DNA of 47,497 nucleotides, the filler included, from Catajapyx aquilonaris (Eukaryota), in assembly GCA_000934665.2 (NCBI GenBank). It is 2 parts of 2 records of this genome, joined end to end, with 100 filler letters (N's around TTAATTAATTAA, not from the genome) between each part and the next. Parts side by side here need not be neighbours in the genome. Positions count along the whole stretch, not along the records: positions 1 to 23,790 come from KZ539390.1; 1 more part is not named here. The stretch is one strand, 5' to 3'. A model generated the notes under the pieces. It was not told where the DNA came from and searched no databases. It saw only the letters and a list, made by a program, of their open reading frames with translations. A program made the translations under genes and the position numbers. Of this stretch, positions 12,332 through 22,066 are shown piece after piece. How positions within the stretch are numbered: position 1 is the stretch's first letter; every line of letters starts with the position of its first letter.

Positions 12332-13054
12332 ACACACCACAACTCTGGAGGAAATCTAATTCCGATGTTTCCCAGGAAATATGTCGCCAAATGACCGCTA
12401 GAACCAATCATGATTGGACTCTGCGAAACTGTCCCCGTATTTCAGCACAACATCAGATTAGATCGCCTCACAGACAGAGGAAAATACCACATGCAGTCAC
12501 TTCAATCCACTGTATAATCAGCCTGGCATTGTCCCACCGCGCCTCACCACTTTCCCACCTTCCTATGTATACTGATTGTGAGCAATAAAATCATTGTGCA
12601 TCATGCTCTCGCTTCGTTCATGAGTTGCTTGATTGTCTCACAGAGTTCGGTGGTTATGGCTCCAAAGAGCATTTCGCCCCAGCAAACATGATACAGTAGA
12701 TACTCGCGTGAGTATACCCAGTAATAGGAAGATAGGAACCACTCCTGAAATAAGATACTAGTACAATAATTAAAAGCGTAGGCCTATTATAATTTCCCAG
12801 CTGGTAGGTATGAAAGCATGAAAGTTATATCCAGGATTTTCAATGGATTTTGCTGTACCGACGTAATAATTTTTCCGACATGCAGATGTACTGGCCAAGG
12901 CCTTTCAAGAGTGAACAAGGGGGATAATTCAAATCCCTTCCGCATGTCGATGTCAATCACGTAATGCGACCATGATCCTGATGTGAGACAACAGCGACGA
13001 TTTTCTCGCCGCGGTATAAAAAGAAGCATTGGGTTGCATCGCTGTGAAGAAGAG

Positions 13055-14200
13055 ATGAAGCTCTGTCTCGTCCTGATTGCCTCGCTCTGCGTCGCCTGCG
13101 CTGCGGTGAGTCACCCTCAATTCGCTTTACAATAATTACAATAACAATATTCAGCTTGGACAGTTTCCCTCTGATTAGCATGTTGCATAAAGGGTATTAC
13201 AACATTCTAGTACGCTGAACAGTTTTGTCGCCTGCAGTTCACGATGCCTGTGCTTTGCAGGGCTCCCCATTCTCCAAGCTCCGAGAGTTTCTGTCCGATG
13301 CTGCGGTTCAAGAAATCGAGTGTCACGGTAAGATTGCATGTCCTTGTGTCCTGTAATGTCACAGAGCGATGGACACATTGTCAAGTGCAGCTTTGAACTG
13401 TCGTTATGATATTGTACTGTCCTTTCCAGATGGAGTGTGCTCATCCACGGTAAGTCCGGCTTATTACGCAATACTCTGAAGACACTTGGGAAAATCGTGA
13501 AAATTAACTGTTGGCAATATATGGGTGCAGGGAAGGGATGCATTATGCATCATTGTGCGTGTGGCTGCAGCATGTAGGTTTTATTTCCCTTCCAAAATAT
13601 AATTTCAAAAGCGTACGAAAATGTACATGACATGTCTTTATGGAGAAATGGTGACAGTGACGAATAATTTTCAGGTGAACAGACTCTCGAAGCGAAATGC
13701 AGAGAGTGACCTGGAGCAGCGGACAGACGACGGTGAGTGACATGGTCAACTCTGCTCTGTCCAGTGGTCATCAAACCATTCTTGAGACATCAAGTGCCGC
13801 ATGATTGGTCGCCATGTCCTCATAACGACCTATTTCCTTTCCTATAGGTATTGTCCGAGTGAAGAGGGGCGGCCCCGGGTCGGCGGGCGTGGGTGAGAAT
13901 GGGGGTGGACTGCCCCCGACTACGCCCCCTCCTAAGAAGAGGGGGAAGAGGAGTCCGATCAGGGCCAAAAGGAGTCCGAACATCAGGGGCGAAAGGCAAA
14001 GGGAGGAGATAGAACGTGAGAGGGAGAGGCACGAGGACCGAAGGGAACTGATGGAGGAGATGAGGGAGCATCGTCAGGAAGAAGAGAGAATGAGGGAGAA
14101 GCACAGAGAGGAAGAGGAAAGGCTGGAGAAGGAGCACAGGAGGGAGGAATTTGAGCAGAGAAGGAGGGACGAGTGGAGCCAGAAGATGAACGCACTGTAA
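13055..14200 (+). CDS. Secreted-precursor family gene E, 182 aa, Pro/Gly peptide plus Arg/Glu tail
   Basis: Exons 13055-13105, 13261-13327, 13430-13449, 13675-13732, 13848-14200 (RVKR, RGKR and RAKR sites; ends ...WSQKMNAL*); AATAAA 14508-14513. Confidence 0.9.
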
Positions 14201-15677
14201 CTCTGGAGGGAATCTATAATGCCGATGTTTCACCCGAAATGTATATGTGGCGGATTAGCCCCTCGAGAACCAATCACTGAAAGAGGCTCCTCTTTCATGA
14301 TTGTATTCTGCGAAACTGTCCTCCTCCATATTTCAGCACAACATCGGATTCGATCGCCCCGTAGACAATCATAGGAAAAAGGTCTTAATACCACGAGACC
14401 AGATGCAATCCATGCAGACACTTCAATATTGTATAATCGCCTGGCATTATCCCACCGCGCCTCACCACTTCTTCCTATGTTACACATAAATGTATGACCC
14501 TCTGAACAATAAAATTATTGTGCATCCTGCCTTTGTGTCCTCCAGGAGTTGGTTGATTGGCTCATAGAGTTCGATGGTAATTGATCAAAAAAAGGGTTTT
14601 CGCCTCATATTATGAACGATTAGGAAATTGTTAAAGTTTCCACGCTGCGGAACTATGACAATCGTATTCAGGATTTCCCAGCATAGATCATGTGATTTCG
14701 CATAAATCTGCCAGCATGTAATCATGTTTGCTAGTACCGACGTCTATAATAAACTAATACATTCAAAAATTTACTTGCACTTTTCATGTCCTGAAAATGG
14801 AATATTAATTTCTCGTCACCTTAAGCTGCTTTAGCTCCATGTTACTATTACTTGAATTTTATTACCTCATACAAAATATATTAAATGATTTTAAAACTTT
14901 ATTTTAATACGCGATTTAAAAAAAAATCCATCGCCCCTCGTCTTTTTCACACTGTCCGTGATGACTCTTCTGTGGGAATCATATAAAACTGAAGTGATAT
15001 TTCTAGACTTGCAAACATTCTGCAGAATAGATGGAAAATGTATGGATTATGTTCCGGACTGCCAACGAATAGTTTGAATGCAAATTTCTTGTAATGACGC
15101 GCTAAAAACAACAATCACGACACTGATCTGTTGAGACCGGTTATTCTCTATAAACTGGTTGTTGCAATAAATTCCACAGCGAAAGTTATAGATTGTTATT
15201 ATTCACCAATCTCCATATTTGACAGTAGATATCCAACGACAATCACTTATAGCGTGTGATTTTTTAAAAAATCAGGAGGGAACACCCAGAAAATTTTCCC
15301 ACGGTTTTTGTTGGGCTTTTTTCTCTTCGATAGATTGCCTTTTTGCTCACGTCATCCTTCACGAGCACTTCAATTTTTTTAAAGCTCTCGGCCAAGGCCT
15401 GTTGGGGAAGTGCAATAAACCCCAGAAACAACAATAGGCGACTGTACAACTGGCACCTCACATCAGGACCAGGAAGCCTCGAAAATGAGTAATAAGCGGC
15501 AATAATTCCCGCCGCATGTGTAATCCTCGCGGGCGTTCCACGAGTAATATGTCGATTACGTGACGCAACCCAGACCCTGGGAACAAAGGGACACGCCAAC
15601 CGAGAGTACAAGCATCCATAAACGATGTCCCTCCACCGGTATAAAAAGGTGAATCGGACAAATTACATCAAGAAGCC

Positions 15678-16809
15678 ATGAAGCTCTGTCTCGTCCTAAT
15701 TGTCTCGCTCTGCGTCGCCTGCGCTGCTGTGAGTCCATTTTAATTCGCTTTAGATTGATCACCTTGCAGAGTTGCCCTCTGATTAACATGCTGTATAACG
15801 GGTATAACCATGCTTAACAGTAAGTTCACAATCCGTGTGCATTGCAGGGCTCCCCATTCGCCAAGCTACGAGAGTTTCAGTCCGATGTGGATCAAGAAAT
15901 CGAGTGCCAGGGTGAGATTTCACGTTGTTGTTTCGTTCCTCAGAGCACCAGACTTTGCCTAGTGAGATTTTGAATGTTTGTTATATACTTTTGTATGGCC
16001 TTTTCGCTTTTCCAGATGGAGTGTGTTCATCCACGGTGAGTCATGCCCATTATGCAACACTCTGAAGACGCTGTGGAAAACCGTGTCATTGGCATATATT
16101 GGCAGGATATTGGTGCAGATATTTTTTTTTTGTAGAAATGTACACCCTGTACGGAATATGCTGAATGGGATAATGCGACCAACATATGCCAATCTTACTT
16201 CTCAAGTGTCTCATATTATTTAATGGTCATGCTGTATTTTTATTATGCAAAAGCAATTTAATTCAACTATTGATGATAGTAGCGAATGTTTTGTAGGGAA
16301 ACAGATTGTCGAAGCGAAACGCCGAGATTGACATGGAGCAGCGCACAGACTACGGTAAGTGACGTATAGCTCGTTTCAGCGAGGGTATAATAATTATATT
16401 CTTCTCAAATATTGTCGATATGAATACTCAAGATCGGTCTGGATTAAATCAAAGGCAATTTCTATGCTCTCTGACATTTTCTACAGATTGATCAGGCGTA
16501 ATTTTGAAACTATTTGCCAATGTATAATTAGAACCTTCGTCGAGACTTGACCATTACAATCTTCTGACATACGTGGTCAAAATCACACGACCCTTTTTTT
16601 CTCGACCATCAGGATTGTTCCGAGTGAAAAGAAGTCCGGTTGATGCTCGAGAGGAAAGGAAGAGGGACAAATACAGGGAGAGGGAGGAGAGGAAGAGGAA
16701 CAGGCAGCAGGAAGAGGACCTGAGGGAAAGGAACAACAGGCAGGAGAGGAAGTTGAAGGAGAAGAACAGGAGGCAGGACGAGAGGAGCGACAGGAGGAGG
16801 GAGGGGTAG
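15678..16809 (+). CDS. Secreted-precursor family gene F, 129 aa, Arg/Glu/Lys tail
   Basis: Exons 15678-15728, 15848-15911 (GSPFAKLREFQSDVDQEIECQ), 16016-16035, 16297-16354 (GNRLSKRNAEIDMEQRTDY), 16613-16809 (GLFRVKR SPVDAREER...RRREG*); AATAAA 16945-16950. Confidence 0.9.
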
Positions 16810-17797
16810 ACACGCACCAGAGAAGACCATTCTCTGCTTGCCACGAGAAGTCCAGATGCGAACAGTATAGTCTGCAATATATTAGCACAGCTGCTGTCCC
16901 ACCGCGCCCAACCAATGCACGTTGCTGTAATACACATTATCACCAATAAAATTATGCCTGCATCGCTATTTCTTGTCTGATCTTTCATTGTTACTGGCTT
17001 ATCAAGTCAAAGGATGGCGAAAAGTTGTGGATTGTTTTGACGTGGATACGTCTTTAAAATCGGATCAGGGGGCATGCAGGCAAACTCGAGAGTTACAGAA
17101 AAGCGTTACAGCCCCCGCCAGGGGTTTTGAGAAAACCAATAAATTTCATTGGGGAAAGAGCAAGAAAATAATCATGCACATTTGCCATATTTAAATTATT
17201 CTTCCTACAGCACTCGTCAAATTATTTCGTAAAACGCAACACAAGACAAAATTTCACAAAATGTCAACCCGAATAATTTATGAGACAGCTGAATATCAAC
17301 ATCGGCGGATATCTGCTGTACATATCACGCTAGAAGCAGTGCGATGTAGACACCTCTAAAGAATCATTGGGAAGAGTACGTGACAACTCTTTGTGGATGC
17401 TACCATTTGAAAGAGTTCACACGGAGAGCAATCACAATATCACTATATCAGCAGTGACATAACAATTTCCTTCCTGTTATACTGAAAACGCACTATAAAA
17501 TATTGCGCCATTCCTCTAGTGTCTTCTCTTGCTTTTTTTTGTCACGCAAGGTCGTCCTGTCCATTCGTGACTTATGCGAAGAAGCAAGCTAATAAAATGC
17601 GGCTTAGTGGTTGACTTTTGGTCCATCCTATATCTGATGATGAGTAATGGCCATGGTTGGTGACATGGTGCTTGTCAGTAAATACTGGATGTGGTAAAAG
17701 CATTGCCCGCATGTGATGATTATTACTCACGCGAACACCTTGAAACACCATTAAAAGGGGGGGAAGAGTCGGAAAAATGGTATCGTTACATTTTAGG

Positions 17798-19075
17798 ATG
17801 AAGCTGGCGATTGTCCTTCTGGCCTGTTTGGCCTGCACACTGGTAAGAACCCTATCTCAATTAGCCTGCACTCATCACGTGCACTGAGACTGTAGCTATA
17901 TGCATTGTCACGCGATGTTGACATTTCCTATAGCCATGACACACACTTTGACAGGGATTTGTCCGGAGGTCTCCTGAAGATCGCCAACTGAGCGGATGCA
18001 ACGGTAAGCCCTACACAATGCATTCACCTTACAGGCCTGAAGTCACACCCCTTTAATTGTTGTTCACAATCATTGCTGTCTATTGTGGCTTCAGTACAGT
18101 TGAGAAGCTGAATGCATATATCCGCATGCATATGTATAAACAACTAATGAGAATCATGCCTTTTGAACAAAAGTGGTCGCGTCATTAAAATCAGTTGACC
18201 AACGGTATTGTCTCGATTTCCAGATGGAGATTGCGCATTCCCGGTGAGTAAAATGTAGTCGATGTCATGAAGGAATAAAGCAATACCACGAATATTGTCA
18301 CCCCCTGTTTTGCATTTTAGGAGAGAACACTGGTGAAGAGAAGCGAAGTCCTGCCTGCAAAACGCAATTCAGGTAATCAGAGTTCCTTGTATAGGTAAGG
18401 TTGGTTGCACCACTGGCAGGATACACAGTACCTCTCGTTACATTGCCAGCAATTATTTGCACTTGTCACGCACAAATCTGGAAAAAAGAATTAGCTGACA
18501 GTGGTGATGCTCAGCCTGAATAATTCCCATTCCCATTCCTCGAGCCACTTTTTTGTTGCTTAATTGTTAACACGAGCTTCTCAAGCTGGCTTGGTGGCAA
18601 GAAAGAAGTGGGTGTGTGAATGAGCCTTAATTGGCCGGTGAGTGTTGTCCTTAAGTGTTTTGGTCGCATGTTTGCAGCAGCGGTCCAGGTGCGTGTGAGG
18701 AAGCAAGGGAAGAGGAGGCGTGGAAAGAGGCGGAGAGGAGGAGGGGCCAGGAGGAATAGAGGCGGGGCCAAACGTTGCGGGACTGGAGGTGGAGGCGGGG
18801 GAGGAGGTCAAGGAGGAGGTCAAGGAGGAGGTCAAGGAGGAGGATCATTCTCGTTTGACCTCAACGGTGGGGTCGGAGGTGGGATCGGACAATTCGTCGG
18901 AGGTGTTATCGGAAACGGGACAGGGTCTCCGATCGGAGATATTATTGGAGGTGTGGTGGAGGCAGGGGTCGGGCAATTTGTCGGGGGCTCGGTCAGCGGG
19001 TCAGGAAACGTCGCCGGGTCAGGCTCTGGAGGAGGCGGAGGTGGTGGGAGAGGAAGAGGAAAGAGGCGGAAGTGA
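17798..19075 (+). CDS. Secreted-precursor family gene G, ~187 aa, basic Gly-rich tail
   Basis: Exons 17798-17842 (MKLAIVLLACLACTL), 17955-18003 (GFVRRSPEDRQLSGCN), 18224-18243 (DGDCAFP), 18321-18372 (ERTLVKRSEVLPAKRNS), 18678-19075 (AAVQVRVRKQGKRRRG...GGQGGG...GRGKRRK*); AATAAA 19166-19171. Confidence 0.9.
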
Positions 19076-19311
19076 AAGACCTGATGACAACTATATCAGC
19101 AACCTGTATCACGTCCCTGGCGTAATTAGAAGCAATTATGACTATCAACTTATGTACCGGTACGCAATAAAACTGTCAAAAATTAAAGTCGACATTCATT
19201 ACGGTATGTACCCTTTCGAGCAAAAATATCTGGAGTTTGGTTTGGTTTCTTTCAGGAGCTAAGACCATAATGCATGGTCTCCTATATAGTAATATGTGGT
19301 ACCAGGAAGCA

Positions 19312-19654
19312 TATACTACAAAGAGGCGCACACTTCTGTCGGCGCCTTTGATGTTCGCGTCTCTCTGTTTGGGGCCGTTGCCAAGGCTGGCGGCCATTTT
19401 GACGTGTGGGGAACGCCTACGAGGTATAAATAGGGTACAGGCAAAAATAGGGTCCGCCATCTTTGATGGTTTTGGCGGCCATGGCAACTACACGGCAAGA
19501 ACACGCGCGAATCAAATATGGCGGACTCTGTTTTTGCCTGTACCCTATTTATACCTCGTTGGCGTTGCCCCCACTTCAAAATGGCCGCCAGCCTTGGCAA
19601 CGCCCCAAACAGAGAGACGCGGAAATCGAATGTTTGCGCCTCTTATGTAGTATA
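19312..19654. mobile_element. Foldback MITE (~340 bp, arms ~150 bp)
   Basis: tatactacaaagaggcgca...ccgccatctttgat mirrored by atcaaatatggcgga...tgcgcctcttatgtagtata with a few mismatches; TA-rich flanks; non-coding. Confidence 0.85.
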
Positions 19655-20182
19655 ATATACTACATAATCACCACTGTACCACCAGGGAGCATATTATGAC
19701 ATTTCTGAGTCGAGTACTACATTCACGGTTTCGCCATAACCTGCGCAACATTTCGACTATTGAAGACAATAGAAAGGGAGGGATCACAATATACTGAACA
19801 GTGATAAACGACTTCCTTCCTGCTAAAAAAAAGTACTTAAAATATTGCCTTGACTCCAGTGTCTTGTGTCCCAGGGTGTCACGCAAGGTCATCTTGTCAA
19901 ATCGTAGGAGGAGGCGAATAAAACGAGGCAAAATGAGTTGTGCTGAGGGTGTTTGTCCCATCCGGATGATGCTTCCTGAATCATAATAGATGGGCGGTGA
20001 CACGTGTTTGCCACCAGAGGTGCAGCCCTTTTTCAAGGTGGCCAACCCGAAATATAAGTTGCAAGGAATGTCAAAGCCATGTTGATATCAAAGACCATAG
20101 TCACACGCAACCAGCTCACAATGAGCCATGAAACCGGTTAAAAGGGGGGATGGGCTGAGGATATGGTTTCATTACACCCAGG

Positions 20183-21107
20183 ATGAAGCTTCTCTCCGTA
20201 GCGATTGTCCTGTTGGCATGTGTAGCCTTTGCTCTGGTAAGTCACTAATATCAAACAGTAAATATTTCCGCGAGAGCGAAAATAAATAGGGACAATTTAT
20301 TAGCCCATATTGATGCTAATATTAGCACACTTTGCATTTTATAAAATACAGTACACCTCTTATTGCATTAGCGGGAGATTCATTCATATTTAAATCCATT
20401 TTTATAGGGATATGTCCAAAGATCACGTGATAATGATCAAGTGGTCGGATGTCAAGGTAAGCTCATTTACCTGCACTCGTATTAATTTGCCAAACTGGAT
20501 TCGCACTAATTTGTGTATTTTTTCAGATGGAGAACGATGCTCTTTTCTCGTGAGTATCATACAAGAGTGTTCATCTGAAAATTATTGCAGCCATTTTTTT
20601 TCCTCCAAATTTACGTACACGAGAGAACACAAAATAATAAAGCGTGAATTGTTTCAGGAACGCACATTGGTGAAGCGAAGTGATGCTGTCGACGGGTATA
20701 CCCTCGATTTAGGTGAGATAGACCAATCTACCAGTCTGTAAACATTAAAATATAGCGTAGTCCATAATGTCAAATGGTCGATGGAAAAACTGGAGAATTT
20801 TTTTTAGAAATTGTGTCATCAGATTCAATTCAGACAAAATATTGTTTGTTATTGTTCAGTAGCTTCGAAGGTGCGTGTGAGGAGGCAAGGCAAAAAGGGC
20901 AGAGGAAAGCAGAGGAAAGGAGGAAGAGGAGGAAACAGAGGTGGAGGTGGAGGAGGTGGGGCAGGGGCCGGGGCAGGAGCAGGAGCAGGGTCAGGGGGAA
21001 AAGCTGAAGCCGGAGCCTCCTTCGGGATGCAAGTTGGAGGTGGTATCGGAGGTGGGGTTGAAGGCGGTAACTTCGCTGGAATCGGTGGTGGCGGTGGAGG
21101 AAAGTGA
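20183..21107 (+). CDS. Secreted-precursor family gene H, ~142 aa, basic Gly/Ala-rich tail
   Basis: Exons 20183-20236 (MKLLSVAIVLLACVAFAL), 20408-20456 (GYVQRSRDNDQVVGCQ), 20527-20549 (DGERCSFL), 20658-20712 (ERTLVKRSDAVDGYTLDL), 20860-21107 (VASKVRVRR QGKKGRG...GAGAGAGAGAGS...GGGK*); AATAAA 21183-21188. Confidence 0.9.
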
Positions 21108-22066
21108 ATCATCAGGACGTCGGAAGAGGAAGATTCCAGCAATTGCGACACCCAATATTTTGTAACTAGAGTAACGATCACGAATAAAAAAGCGGCACAC
21201 ATGCACACATTCAATGAAACTGCAAGTGTCATTTCATAACCAACGTTATGCATATCCACCATGCTAGCCATCTGGAGTCAACTGCGTTTTATCATGCAAC
21301 GTCCAACCGCACATAAAAATTTATGAAGGAAACGTTGCAACTATATAGTGACAAGCTTTTATGCACCTAGTTACATAATATGAACTTTTCCTTTACAGTG
21401 TATCCTTCAATCTATAGATTCACGTCTATAGTGCTGAAAACACTCGATGTCTCGATTCAGACTATAATTATTTTGTGCTTGCAACTACCACTAGCAAGTG
21501 CCCGCTGTAGCATCACAAATGGAGAAGAAAATCGCCAGTAATGTTGTTACACGGGATAGGAGTAGAACAATATAAAGCACAGAAAGAGTAAGCACAACTG
21601 AACTGGTGGCAATTGCGCAACTGATCATGTTCAATAATTAAGTGAAGGAAATCAATCATGTAGAACACTGTATCCTGTCCAGCATGATTGTTCTGCAGAT
21701 ATACAGGTCTGCGTGTAGTTGGACAATACTCCACTGGCAAAGGATTAGTGTACACCTGTCAACTCGCTGTTGTTTGCAGAATATTATGTAATGGAAGTAA
21801 TCATAATTTAGTGGTGACATAACAACTTCCTTTCCATGGAAACCCCTCATTGTCTGATACCTTCTGTCTTCTGCTGCCAGGCAAATCAAATGTGGCTTTG
21901 ACCCATTCGGATGGTGTTTCCTGGGAGGTGACACACGCCAATCACCGAAACAACACCCTTTTGATGGTGTCAAAGGCCACTCACCTCCCACTCACGCTAA
22001 TAAAGGTCACAATGCGATTTGAAACCGGTTAAAAAGGAGGCATGCCTACGTTTCATTACACTCGGA

